DNA of 64,000 bases, taken from the NCBI RefSeq assembly GCF_032062105.1, contig NW_026931171.1, positions 310,001-374,000 of the forward strand, written 5' to 3'. The notes under the pieces were generated by a model that searched no databases, was not told the DNA's origin, and saw nothing but the letters and a program-made list of their open reading frames with translations. The position numbers and the translations under genes are program-made. Below, one piece after another: positions 51,701 through 64,000 of this stretch. The stretch is from Saccostrea cucullata (taxonomy: Eukaryota). Each line of letters starts with the position of its first letter. The stretch's first letter is position 1.

Positions 51701-54251
51701 ATGCTGCCGGGAATTTCCTACACCTACAAAGGAGAAGTTTTCAAATGGTTGTAGCTTCATAAGAATGGAAGGATTGACATTTTGAAAGATTAACTCCAGC
51801 GATACTTCAGTACCCCCGTATCGCATGGACGTTGCGTTGCGCCTATATGGTAATGCATAGTTTCCATACCTGATCCATTAACTGCATTTTTTTTACTTTT
51901 TTTAAGATCTCAATAATATCTGAATCAGTACAAAAGACATTGTCGAAGAAAAGTAACATTTCTTGATAAATAGATATTCAATTTTAAAGTAGAAAAAAGA
52001 TCAGAAAAATCTAAAGATTTATAGAACTGCGACAAAGGTTAACGGGTTGAAATCTGGTGGTTACGTCGCCTTACGTCAAGTGATTGCTCCGTGAATCCCA
52101 TAACCTCACAGAAAAAAATCGTTGTAAATTTTCAAGATTTTATTATATGAACCTGATTTTTGACATACAAATAAAAAAAATGTAGGAATTTATTCAGACA
52201 TAGGTCATACTTCACAGTACTCAATAGATTTTCCGTAATTCAATGTGTCCTCGAACTTTTCTAACGACCCTCGTACATGCATGTTTGAATTTGTCTTTGA
52301 GCAGTTGTGGTTAAAGAAAATAATAATCTCAAAATTTTTATATCACAGTATAGAATGATTTATTTGTCAGACATATAAGGAAATTAATTTACTGTAATCT
52401 AATTTTAGGACTGAATTAAGACAATGAAATGTTTCTATCTATTGGGATTAACGAAGGCAACATAGCAGAAAAAAAATCATAAGCCCCATAAGCTAAAGAT
52501 GTCTTTCTTCAGATATTTATGATTACTATCCTATTATAGAAGTCAGCTTTTCAATTGCATGATGTATTTTTCTTTTTAAGGTTATAAACAATGCCTGTGC
52601 TACACAAGCAATCATCAGTGTTCTTCTCAACTGTCCCGAGAGCGAGGTCAAACTCGGCCCCACGCTCGGACAATTTAAAGAGTTCGCTCAGGCCTTTGAT
52701 CCTGCTGTGAGTATTCACATCTATTTATTTACAGGATTTCTAACTAAGTCATTTTTTTAGCTCACCTGAGCCGAAGGCATGTTTTAAAAATCTTCTTCTC
52801 AAGAACCACTGTGCCAGGAAAGATGAAACTTATATGGAAGCATCCTCAGTTAGTGTAAATTCAAGTTTGTTCAAATCATGACCCCCGGGGGTAGGGCAGG
52901 GCCACAATGGCCAGTCAAAGTTTTACATAGAAATATATAGGAAAATTCTTTAAAAATCTTCTTCTCAAGAACCACTGTGCCAGGAAAGATGAAACTTATA
53001 GGGAAGCATCCTCAGGTAGTGTAAATTCAAGTTTGTTCAAATCATGACCCCCGGGGGTAGGGTGTGGCCACAATGGCTGATCAAAGTTTTACATAGAAAT
53101 ATATAGGACAAATCTTTTAAAATCTTCTGCTCAAGAACTACTTGGCCAGGAAAGATGAAACTCATGTGGAATCATCCTCAGGTAGTGTAAATTCAAGTTT
53201 GTTCAAATCATGACCCCCGGGGGTAGGGTGGGGCCAAAATGGCCGATCAAAGTTTTATATAGGAATATAGGAAAAATCTTTAAAAATCTTCTTCTCAAGA
53301 ACCATTAAGACAGGAAAGATGAAACGCTTGTGAAATCATCCTCAGGTAGTGTAGATTCAGGTTTATTCAAATCCTGACCCCGGGGCTAGGGTGGGGCCAT
53401 AATGGCTGTTTAAAGTTTTACATAGGAATATATAGGGAAGCCTTTAAAAATCTTCTTATCAAGTACTTCAAAGCCATGATTAGTAATATTTATATGGAAT
53501 CATCCTCAGGTAGTGTAGATTCTAGTTCGTTCAAATCATGATCCCCTAGGGGGTTAAAATTCAAGCCCTTCCTCCACCCCACCCCCCCACCCGCAACTTT
53601 CAGTTCTGATCTGATATGTGCTTTTTCCTAGCCGATGTGCTCAGGTGAGCGCTGTGGCCCCTGGGCCTCTTGTCTTGGTTTTATCTTTAAATGAAGTAAT
53701 AAAAATAGGACATATTATTAACAGTGAAGAGACAATGAAAATCAACTGTGTTTAAAAACTAGTTTTACCTGATTTCAGTTACGAGGGTTGACATTGAGTA
53801 ACTCAGATACCATCCGAGAGGTTCATAACAGTTTTTCAAGGTGAGCATCTAGAATTACATGAAACTTTGAACTTTTCTCAAAAGTCCTAGATTTGTATAT
53901 ACTTAGCATTATTAGTTTGAATGCAATACACACTTAAATACAAGTGTGTTGCAGTGGGTAGAGTGTTTTCTCTAAGAGTTGTGGAGTTAAGAATTCATTC
54001 TTACCTCATGGGTTTAAATCCCACTGCAGGACATGAAGACCAGTTTGGATGAGACCATATTAACAAGGTCACATGTCACAGTAGGAGCTGATGAAATAGA
54101 TCCCTTTAAATGCTCAAAGACTGCAAGTGTCGAGTACTGGTCTTAATTCGCAGTCCTCCTGCTGCAAGTGGTGGCTTCCAAATATGAAAGAAATATTCTC
54201 AAAGAAACAAACTTAGAAGCATTACATGCTTACTTAATTATCAATGATTTG

Positions 54252-54283
<32 letters not shown>

Positions 54284-57200
54284 CTACTGATTCTGATGAT
54301 TAAGATTATTCTTATTATTCTTTTTTTTTTCCTTTTCCTAGACGCCAACTTTGAGGCCTCATATTTCACTCATTTCTCAATGGATTTTGCTCAAATTTTC
54401 AGAGTTGATAGACGTTACTAAACTCTATCAGAATGCTATCTAAAATTTCAAAAAGTCACTTCCGGTTTTGAGTTATTTCCCTTTAAACGAAAATTTATAG
54501 GCTTTCGTTTCCAGACAAAGGCTCAGAGACGGCTAAAGCTGGAGCAAAAATTCTACTGATTTTAGATAATAGAAGGATTGAAGTTGTGCATAGTGGTTTT
54601 TGTTTTTCGATTTCTGTATTCAAAATGGCGCTATATAGGGGTCAAAAATTAGAACGCCTAAAAGAGCGAAAATTTACGCATATTTTGCTTTTTATCTTCT
54701 AAACTAAAAATATTTTGTTGAGACATAATGAACAAAAGTTGTGCATAATTGCAAGGGCTTTCATATAAAACTATTCAAAAGGGGCTGGTCCCTATAATTA
54801 GGGATCAAGGGACCTTGAAAGTTTTTGCTTTATAACTCAAAAACGGTAAATATTTCGAAATGACTATTGATTATAAAGTTGGGCTTTAACATCTTACTTA
54901 TCTCATGAAATTGTTATTGTGTTCGAGTCTTGTTTTAAATGAGCTGGTGCATGACCTATATACCCGTTATGCACAGGTAATTCTTTTCATTCAGCACGTA
55001 AACGAGAGCTCCTCATGCGTGTACATGTAACCAAAGCAAGCTTACTATAAATAATAAAATGGCTACTTTGGATTCTAATATTCTTCAGAATATAGTTCTT
55101 GAAGTGTTTGTGCTTTTTTTTCTTCCAAATTATCATTTTAATTCACTGACAACTTTCCCTTTTATTTCATTTTTTTTAAAAATCGTTTAAACCAAGTCTA
55201 CTAAAAAGGGGAAGAAAATATAATCTTTTCTTCTTATCACATAAAAACAAACAATATAGTGAGAAAATAAAACATAAAAAAGCACATATACTATTCACAG
55301 CCATTAAGCGTACGGCTTTAACATTCACCTTGTTTGTTTACAATTATATAACGCGCCTCCCTCGATAGCGGCGGGGCAAAGTCGGTCACCGGGAATCAAT
55401 CGGCGTGTGATCCAGCGACCTACAGTCATACACAAAAAATAAACAGCCACAGAATAGTTGAATTAATTCTTGATGATTTTGTTCCTTTTAATACTATCTC
55501 TGCCCCATGAAAATATTATTTTGTTCGAGTCTTACGTATGGTAGGAAAGAAAGCTAGATCCGTTCTCATTTTGATATTGAAGAATTTTTGAAATAAACTT
55601 GCCGTATGTAATAAATATTTTACAACGCTGTATCAGGTTTTAAACGGTGTTCTTTGTTTCCCGTTAAGAGTATTCGATGGTATCATTTTCCTTTTATTAA
55701 TAAAGATCTTTCCAACTCCAAGAGAAGGAGTATCTATTATTCGTTTGAATATAAACACAAACAATTTAAACGGAAACAATATACGCCCGGATTTCATAAA
55801 AAAAGGATAAACTTAAGAGTCGAATAATACACAATTATTTACTGTGCGATTCTCATAATTCACCTGGAACCCAGATTCATTACGTAATCTATCTTTCGAT
55901 TACACAGCCGAGAAATTCTAAAGCGACACACAGCGGTGAACCATTGACCTCTCAGTCATAGGCAAAATAACTGGTATATTCAAACCATTCTACAACAGTA
56001 AACAAATATTATTTTCTCTAAGTAAATTAAATCTTTCAAAAATATCTTAAAATGTTATAGGTTTGACTTTAGTATAAAACGCTGGGGCATTTATTTTACA
56101 TGTACATTAATCAGTCTTCAATTTTTAAATATTCGTAATTTGACGATTCATAGCACTGGCGATCTTCAGTTCCTTTACCTCAACCAATATTTATTAAAAT
56201 GCACAAGCTTTGCTCTTTTCACACACAAATAAATCCGTTTTCAACACAAGTTTTCCGAAACACATTTTTTTTCATCACAGTCATTAACCATGGCTATATC
56301 AATTTTAAACTTTTAAAAGGAATCTTCCGAATCGTAAGGATAGAATTATACTCAATGAAATGGATTAAACATCGATAAGTAACAATGGCACGTGTAAACT
56401 TCAAAAGTGACTTCTGTGCTGCACACTGTCTATTTATATTACCCGGGGTATGTAGGTTTTATAGTAAAGTTCAAGAAATAATGATTTTAAAGCAATGAAC
56501 TTAATTTGTTTTATAATTTACTCAAAACCCATATAAATGATTAGTATAGTATGTACATTCAAGTAGTAATAAACCCGCATCTTATGTCCAGAATCGAAAA
56601 TCTACGAACTTATATACCGGGGTAACAATCTTATCTTAATACAGTCTTATCATGTAATTACACGCTTTTACAACCTAAATTAAACTGTTAAATTCATAAC
56701 CGGCACCAAAGTCAAACCATTTGTATCACTTAGTATTTTCTTTAAAATAATGAACTTATATCTAGCGCAAATTACTTTCCTTGGTTTAAAAATACGCGTA
56801 CGAGAGAAAGCGAGTGAGAGGCATTTTATTCAAGTACATTCATGTTTTTACCAGCGAGTCCCTGTATCAAGTATTGTCTAATTTTTATTCTATTACACAT
56901 AATATTCCTTTCCTATTTAAATTTAATTTATTTGATGATTTTATTCAACTTCAAGAACAATATCATTATGTAGACAGTAGTACTAAAATGAAGTCCATAC
57001 ACGGATGCTATTGTACATCGGGAATTTTCTTTAATCATTTATCCATGTATTCCTCCTTCAAGGGAAATAATTATGAATAAATTGATTGAATAAGGTGTAT
57101 AAAACCACGTGGTTTCGGTTTGTTAGCGTGTTTTAGATCATGATCAGCAAATCACAACTCCTCGGGTCTTCCTGTCTAACATGTACAGAATAATAACCTC

Positions 57201-60200
57201 GAATGTATAAGGGATACATCAAGACATCCCCATTCTCCTCACCCTCTTTTACCCAAACTTTGAAATAAATGAGGAAAGATATTTTATTTGTGGACTTTTG
57301 AGTTTAATTTTATTGAAAGTAAAGCTAGCTGTTACCTAAAAGAGGTATTATGAAAGGGACTTTCAACCCCGTCTATCTTTCATAAATAAATACTCCATGT
57401 TGTTTGAATATTAATATCCGGTGATGTTTTAAAATACCTCAATGTTGTTTTTCTGACCTGTGACAAAATGGAACAAGATAATGCAAATTTCAAACATCTT
57501 CATCGGCCAATGACAGAAAAGTTATAAAATTCCTGTCAGGGTTACGAACTTCTAATCACTAAAAGGTGTTTGTCTTGACAAAGAGCCAAGGTTATTCTGT
57601 TAAGATCAAGGTCACTGACAGATGAAATATTTTCTTTACTACGCCATGAAGTAATAAATGAAAATCATTGGAGGCTTTTACTTGAAACATAGATTTCTTA
57701 TGATTGGAGGTTTTGTCATGTCTCTGATCAAATGTCTTTTTGGCAAATCAAGGTCACTGACAAAGAAAAAAAAATGTTTAAGCATAACTAATTCACTGGA
57801 GGCTCATGCTGAGAAGAAAGGTTGTTGACATAAGAAGGTGCAGTGACCTTGACCCATGTTCTGTACTTCCTGTCCACAGCTCCAACGGAAGACCTACTCG
57901 TTGCTTTGCAACGAGCTCGGCTCTAGTTTTACATTCAGTATAAAATTTTACAGGCAGCAGATGTTTGAGTTTGATGAGAAATTAGCCAAAAAGGATGATG
58001 ATGTCTACCATTTCGTCAGTTACATACCGATAGATGGAAGACTTTACGAATTAGACGGACTGAAAGAGGGACCAGTAGATCTAGGTAATGCTAATATATG
58101 TATCTGGATATCGGCTAAGTAATGTAGTTTATTTTCATTTATTTGATACTGGGGGGTATGCTAAGATGATGCATTGAAAGCAATTTTTTTTTCCAAAAAA
58201 TTTTCATATTTCATAGGAAACATTAAATGCTCATAAGGAGGCACCTGTTTGTTAATATTCATTTTTCTCTCGTTTCTGTGGTAATCTGTAGGGGCCATCC
58301 CTGCTGATACAGATTGGCTGGACGTTGTCAGACCAGTTCTAGAAAAGAGGATGCATAAGTAAGAAATCAAACCACATAACCATGTTAATTAAAGGCCTTA
58401 TTTGTTTCAGGCTGAATTCTACTTCATCTGTTATTAGTGAACTCATTTCTTGTTGTGCATAATTCTGTTGCTGTTGAATGTCCACCTATCTATGCTGAAA
58501 CTTTTTACATAATTACAGGATTTTAAAGCCGATTTAAAATTGTTATCTGGGAAATGACTCAAGACTTTCTTGTAGTTTCTACTTCAAAGAAAGCAAAAAA
58601 ATAATAATAATAAATAAATGAGACTAAAGTATTCTGCTGACAGAGTCAATACAGTGTGTAGTACATGTTGTGGCTCATTTTTTTATATTAATGTATTTTA
58701 ATCAGAACATTGATAAAAAGCAGATGAAATCCACTTTTGTTTTAAACTTACAATATTGAAAATATTACACATTAAGTCCCTTTTTTGTTTTTTTCATGTT
58801 TTAAACTTACAATATTGAAAATATTACACATTAAGTCCCTTTTTTTGTTTTTTTCATACTCTTAATCTAACAAAGTACAGATACATTTCACTTGAAATAC
58901 CCGTTAATTACATTATCAAAAATTCACTTTGACTTTCTTGCACTTCTTTAGATATAGTGCAGATGAAATTCATTTCAACTTAATGGCAATAGTGTCAGAC
59001 AGAAAAGCCATGTATCAGAAGAGATTAGAAGAACTGCAGGTGAGTAGTCTACAAGAGGACCCTCACTTGTGTAAAGAGATTTAAAGAAGATTTTTATACC
59101 CCTGCTGAACAAAGTTTGGAGTGTATGGGGGCTTTACATTCACATAAATCACAATGACCATCTTTCTGCAGTCTTTTTAGTTTGGAAGTGATATCTAAAA
59201 ATACTCAATAACATTTTTTGTCAAACTTTGTTCAATATAAATCTTTTGAAGTTGTGCCCCCTGATATGATCAGATTGATTTGTCAAAATTAACTTCAAGA
59301 AATATGACCTTTGAAAGATTCATTCCTGTGAAAAGGTATATTTTCCTTTGGGTTTTGACCCAATACCAAGGTCTTTTTGGACAAGGTCGGAGCACAAGGT
59401 ACAAAAGTATTTAGTTATTAAGATAGCCACATCTTTTAAGTAAAAAATTAGTAGATGCTCGTACTTGCAGCTTAAACCCCCGGTAATTTTGCCAAGGTCA
59501 ATGTCACAGCTTTAGAAAATAAATAATTCTTGCCATATCCATAACTGATGTGGATAAAAGCATTTAAAGATTATACTAGAAACAAAAGATGCTTGTGTCC
59601 TGTTGAACTTGGACTGTGGGTGATTTTTTTTGTAAACTGGGATCAATCTCAACCAAATATATTAAAAGTAAAGGTGAAATTGTTGTAATATTTACATGCA
59701 TTGTACATTTTTTACAGTCCAGAGGGATGGAGACCGAGGATGATCAGTTAGAAATTAGTCAGTTAATGGTCAAGATTCAGGAGGAGGATGTCAAAATGAA
59801 AAGATACAAGGTAACATTAACACAGAATGATCAGATAGAAATTTGCCAGTTAATGGATAAGAGTCAAGAAGAAGTTAAAAAAAAGTTACAAGATAACATT
59901 TATATAAAGGGTCAAGATGTTACACAGGTTTATATCAGAAAGGTAATTATATCAGAAAGGTAATTTTACCTAGTTGTGAGGTTGTAGCTAAAGCTAATAT
60001 CTGTGTGTATTTTGAAACAGGTAGAGAATATCAGGAGAAAACACAATTACCTCCCTTTCATAATGGAACTACTCAAGATACTAGCAGAACAGAAGCAGTT
60101 ACTTCCCCTTGTAGAAAAGGTGAGAAATCTACACAAAGACATTTTTGAAAGGTCAGAGTGCACAAGAATGGAAATCCTGACTAAAGATGGAATGTATTTG

Positions 60201-60401
60201 ACTTCTGATGTACTATATAACATTGTCTACTCTGTTTACCCAGCAAGAAATGCATGGAATTCTCTCTTCTAGTGTTTACAAAATTTTTTTTTTATTTTAA
60301 TTTTTAATTACTCTGTAATTAAAGGAATATATCAGCTTTTCAAAATTTAATTGCAGGCTAAAGAAAAAGCAGCAAAGAAGAAGACAGAGGAAGTGAAATA
60401 A
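33906..60401 (+). CDS. UCHL5: Ubiquitin carboxyl-terminal hydrolase isozyme L5 (UCH37); exons 33906-33981, 48641-48704, 51106-51211, 52581-52706, 53779-53840, 57954-58084, 58292-58358, 58952-59039, 59718-59810, 60021-60119, 60357-60401
   Basis: [47 protein letters not shown] (catalytic Cys), YHFVSY..LYELDGL (His, Asp), [28 protein letters not shown], Lys/Glu-rich tail; all phases consistent. Confidence 0.97.
35890..35982. mobile_element. Tiny inverted-repeat element
   Basis: TAGCCAAGGGTTTCCGAT ... ATCGGAACCCCTTGGCTA. Confidence 0.55.
36819..36958. repeat. ~140-bp palindrome (hairpin element core)
   Basis: ACACTTATTTAATGACTACGAGGTAAACAGTCAAACTGTTGTCC ... GGACAACAGTTTGACTGTTTCACCGAGTAGTCATTGAATAAGTGT. 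Confidence 0.8.
37932..38408 (+). mobile_element. Helentron-like non-autonomous element with two internal repeat units
   Basis: TTTACCCCC..GGGGTATA palindromic start, GTCT/GTCC tract, 3' hairpin GTGAGCATTGGCTCAC and CTTGTT end. Confidence 0.55.
39237..39331. repeat. ~35-bp tandem repeat, about three copies
   Basis: TGCGTTAAAATGCGTGATTGCGGGGCAAAGGTATA repeated. Confidence 0.8.
39644..39771. mobile_element. Small MITE with 5-bp TSD
   Basis: AAGTC|TATAGGAGTCAGAAGC ... GGTTCTGACGCCTATG|AAGTC. Confidence 0.7.
41590..42590 (+). repeat. ~63-bp minisatellite, ~16 units (left arm)
   Basis: GGGGTTCAAAATATTATGGCCATAAAATATTGAGTCCCCCTGCCCTTTTAATTTTACAGGGAG. Confidence 0.95.
42595..43165 (+). mobile_element. 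Truncated HINE-like element with ~166-bp satellite units
   Basis: TTAGCTCACCTGAGCCAAAGGCTCAAGTGAGC, (GTC)n tract, units CATCCTCAGGTAGTGTA..GTTCAAATCATGACCCC shared with 52757-53673. Confidence 0.8.
44280..46193 (+). mobile_element. Complete HINE-like element with ~7 tandem ~168-bp units
   Basis: TTAGGTCACCTGAGTA start, subterminal inverted TACTCAGGTGACC, 3' hairpin AGGCCCATGGGCCT then CTTGTT; periodic GGCCCCAGGGTCAGGGGTTC. Confidence 0.85.
46645..47695 (-). repeat. ~63-bp minisatellite (right arm, inverted)
   Basis: Reverse complement of the 41590-42590 unit. Confidence 0.95.
48836..50610. repeat. Probable transposon-derived segment rich in GTTRCCATGGNAAC motifs
   Basis: Motifs at 48945, 49301, 49468, 50226 and 50400 plus several half-sites; termini not resolved. 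Confidence 0.5.
51215..52273. mobile_element. Mariner-like non-autonomous element inserted in the UCHL5 intron 3 donor site
   Basis: TA|TGAGGGGTGTTAGAAAAGTTCGCGGACA ... TGTCCTCGAACTTTTCTAACGACCCTCG|TA. Confidence 0.85.
52757..53673 (+). mobile_element. HINE-like element with ~5 tandem ~166-bp satellite units (resembles the oyster Cg170-type repeat)
   Basis: TTAGCTCACCTGAGC ... GCTCAGGTGAGC + GGCCCCTGGGCC hairpin + CTTGT; unit spacing 164-166 bp. Confidence 0.85.
54253..57928 (+). mobile_element. 3.7-kb Helentron-type non-autonomous element in UCHL5 intron 5
   Basis: 5' AAGGTCTTCCGTTTCCAACGGAAGACCTT palindrome; 3' CCAACGGAAGACCT + hairpin CTCGTTGCTTTGCAACGAG + CTAGTT. Confidence 0.75.
58739..58857. 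repeat. ~59-bp perfect tandem duplication
   Basis: GTTTTAAACTTACAATATTGAAAATATTACACATTAAGTCCCTTTTTTTGTTTTTTTCAT twice. Confidence 0.9.
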
Positions 60402-62429
60402 AGAAGATAAAAATCATAAAAGAAACAAAGTGAAAGTGAAAACAAAGATACTTAATAGACAAAGCTAAGTACAGGCATGTATGGTTTTCTAGAATGTCAC
60501 TCATTCAAATTCTCAAGGCACAATGATCTGGCGAAAAAAAGAGAACATATTGAAGATATGTACATATTTATAATTGTGTACTTTAGTTTTCTGTTAATCA
60601 TGTACCATTTAACTTGAGGTCATTTGCAGCATAGCTGAATTATCTCCATTTGGATTCAAATAGTCATACTGACAAGACATACATGTACATGAATTGAAAA
60701 TATGTCACATTTCTTTATCATTTGCACAAATATTTACACATTAAATCTCTTCCGTTTAGGTTATGTTTGTAATGGAGATATAGAGAGGTTGTTGAATCAC
60801 TTCAGGTTTTTGCCCATTTTTCAATAAATTGCAGTAGATTTGAAATCTTCAGGTCTGTGAATTTGGTATCAAATGTTCCTGTCTCAGGTTGGTTTTCACA
60901 ATTTTTTTTCTTGTAAATTTAGATTACAGAAATTTACTCTTTTGTACAATCAGGTTTGTATTGTTTTATTTTTGTCTACTTCATTTGCACGGTAGATTTA
61001 TTTTTTTAATTTTTTTTTTTGGTAAATTTGTTTGTTTTGTATTCAACATTTGAAAATATAAGACCATAAAACTTTGCACAAAACATGTGGATTTTTCTAT
61101 ATGTGCTGACCATGCCATTAATGTAGAGCTACCACTGGTAGAATTGTTGACTGTAAGTGACCAAAAACTTTCACTGCCACTGGTGAATTTTCATGTTTTA
61201 ATTGACCAGACCCCTTACCAGGATTTAAGGTTTTGGTGAATGTCTTTTCGTACTTGAATAGAACTTGTTATTGTTGTTGTAATATTAATAAATAAAACAA
61301 GTAAAATTTCAATTAGTTTATGTCTTTAAATGAAGAATATGGAGTTGATGTGATAAGAAACAGAGATGTTCAATGAATTTTGATTTTGTAGGTCAATTGA
61401 TTCATCTATTTTTTGCTGCCATTAACTGTTATGCTTCTTTAGTCAGTCATAAAGTTTTAAATGATTGTAAACTATTACTTCTATATAAAAATTGTCAAAA
61501 ATATTACTGTTATGGAATTATCTGGTTAATGTAGATATCAGGGAAACTTAAATGATTCGAGAAATCCATGGATGAAGAAATATTAGAAGGAGTTATCACC
61601 CTTAGCACATTTTTTTTTATTTGATTGAAGAAAAGATATTACTTTAAAAAATTGTTTCTTTAGTAATCATCATACTATTTAAAATACATTCATACAAATG
61701 ACAACATTTTATGGAATATGAAGTTTAATTAGAGAGGGTTTTGCAAAAAGTCAGTTGTACTGATGCCATCTCATGTTTTGTTTATATTTGCATGAAATGT
61801 TTATGGTAAAAAAAAAAATTGGACAAAACAGTTAATGGTAAAAAAAATTGGTCTAAACAACCTTTCTTTTTCAACAGATTTTGTGAGTAATGGACTTCAT
61901 TAGAGGTCAATTTATGATACAGGAAGTATGTTTGCTTAAAAACTTTGAACTGTTTTGAAGATAACAAATTTATTTGATTTTCAACAGTGAAATATATTAT
62001 ATTTATTGAATAAGTGATATCTTCTCACTGTGTGAAAGAATATCAAAAATGATATTCTGTCACAGTGTGAGGCATAAGAGCAACAAATCCCTACATTTTC
62101 CTTCTCTTCCCAAAGAAGGTTGTAAAATTTACTCACTGGTCTGTTTCTGACTGAGACTTAAACTGTCAAAAGTTTATCAAAATATGTTGTTAAAATCCAT
62201 GTTTACAATGTTTTCAATCTTGCAATAGCTTAGATATGACGTCTTAACTATGATGACACAGGCTATGACACTGTTTTATGAAAAGACAAATACAAACAAG
62301 GGAAAACAAAGGAAAATGTAATAAACAGAAAATTCAATGTATTTGCATTTATGAAAATATTTTTTTTTATAAAAAATCCTGTGATTTCATCTTTTCAAAA
62401 CTTAAAACCATTGAATATCCTTATTTACT

Positions 62430-62600
62430 AGTATATTCCGAGATTGGTACATGTAACTAATTTTGACCGGTTGGCTTGGGATGCTCTTTCCTCCATAGCA
62501 CCTGATCCTATCTCTGATGTTTTTGCAGGTCCATGTTTGTTCTTCTCCCGATTTGTACTGTTGAAATGTACTTTCAGCTTGAATACTCTTTTTCATATTT
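62430..62600 (+). mobile_element. 3' tail fragment of the Penelope-like family
   Basis: TTGACCGGTTGG..GGGATGCTC..CCTCCATAGCACCTGATCCTATCTCTGATG matches 4275-4340. Confidence 0.6.
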
Positions 62601-64000
62601 CACTGGCATGTTAATTACAATGTTTACTCTCCAAATTCACTAAAATTAATAAACAATGAACACGATCTTAAATTTTACACATTTTATTTGCATCTTGGAT
62701 GAAAATGAAATTAAGTGACATGATAATAAATGAACATGCATATTTGTAGAATTTTTTGTCTGGCCTTCTGTTTTTTTTGCTTTAGATATTATTTAAAGAT
62801 GAACTAAATAATAAGTATACCAAAAAAAGGGAAATATGTAAACATGACCAATTAAAAAAATCTAAGAAAAAAAGACAACACTTCGTCCTTTGTATTGCTT
62901 TAACCAAATTTGATCATGATCTGGGCACTGTTTACACATTTCTGGCAATATAGCACTTAAATAAAACAAATAAATAGGTAAAATAAAGAGCATTAAATAA
63001 AAGCAATCCTAACCCTTATGAAACAATATAATATGTTCAAATCCATTCTTTGCAGATGTACACTATTCTGCAGATAATATTAAAGGATTGAAAAAAAAAA
63101 AAGCTCATTGCTATGTTCTACAAAATCTATAACAAAATATTTGCCCTCCTTTCACATTTCTTACAATTTCATATATAAAGGTGAAAAAAATGTTATCTGC
63201 AAATGCAAACAGACTAGATGTAATTTGTATCCTATCCTTAAAGGATGACCCAATTTATATTAAATCTTTGTAGACAGAAATATATTCTACCTGGATTTCT
63301 TAAAAATTAAAAGAAAGTAAAATTTCTAGGGTATGTAAAAAAGAATAAGGAAATGCAACAGGAGTTTGCTGTAATTATTTGTTCACAAAGCCCAAAACTT
63401 TTCAAGTTTCGTTTGTTCATTAACAAATATGTACATGTACAAAGTGACATAGTGCATTTGTTCAGTTTTAAGGGCCAAAATTTTAACTTTCACACAAGTA
63501 CAAAGGTTACTTTGCAATTTTCATCTACAGAGCAGTTACTACATTTTAATGTGCAATTTTTAGATAGAGGTAATTTACAAAGGGAAATTTATTTAGACAA
63601 AAAAAAAAAAAAGTAGAATTTGTTCTTGTTACGAAAACTAAATGTGTATTAGTGGGATGAGGTTTAGAAGCTGAGATCATATTTTGGTCAAATGTAAGTT
63701 TTTTTAAAATGAAATTTTATACCATCTTGATGTCTTTCTTTTCAAAAAACATTTCACAATATCTATTTTAGGTATGGTAATGAAGAAGCTTAGCTTCCAG
63801 AAATGTTGAGTTTCATACAAAGATGATAAAAACAGAGAAATATAAAATTTATAAAAATATCTTATGTACATTTTTATAACAAAAAAATGGGATGAAGTGA
63901 TCTACACGATGAACGAGTGGAATGAGTACTGGAAGCTGATTGGTCAGGTCAGGGCTGTCGCAGCGACGCGAACTAAGCTTTAAACAAATTATATTCTTAC

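Noticed and set aside
63850-64000. GC-richer segment with an open minus-strand frame (KNIICLKLSSRRCDSPDL..), possibly the end of a neighbouring gene
   Set aside because: Cut by the window edge and too short to assign

Overview
AT-rich, intron-containing animal genomic DNA, most likely a bivalve such as an oyster. This is inferred from the tandem two-exon C1q-domain genes, a RING-less B-box/NHL gene, Helentron-like elements carrying ~166-168 bp satellites, and Penelope-like remnants. Gene order: three secreted coiled-coil + C1q genes (+; the third has a nonsense codon), a decayed and an intact B-box/coiled-coil/NHL gene (-), an orphan multi-exon ORF (-) head-to-head with AP3M1 (+, 13 exons, exon 6 garbled), and a two-CDGSH CISD3-like gene (-) head-to-head with UCHL5 (+, 11 exons) with 56 bp between start codons. 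Introns are packed with non-autonomous mobile DNA. Notable elements are a complete mini-LTR retroelement whose LTRs contain a tRNA-like cloverleaf (Helenus-type TRIM), two further copies each hit by a DNA transposon in the anticodon arm, two 6-7 kb foldback elements filling UCHL5 intron 1, and several MITEs with 5-bp target duplications. All gene models and boundaries were read by eye; no database searches were run.
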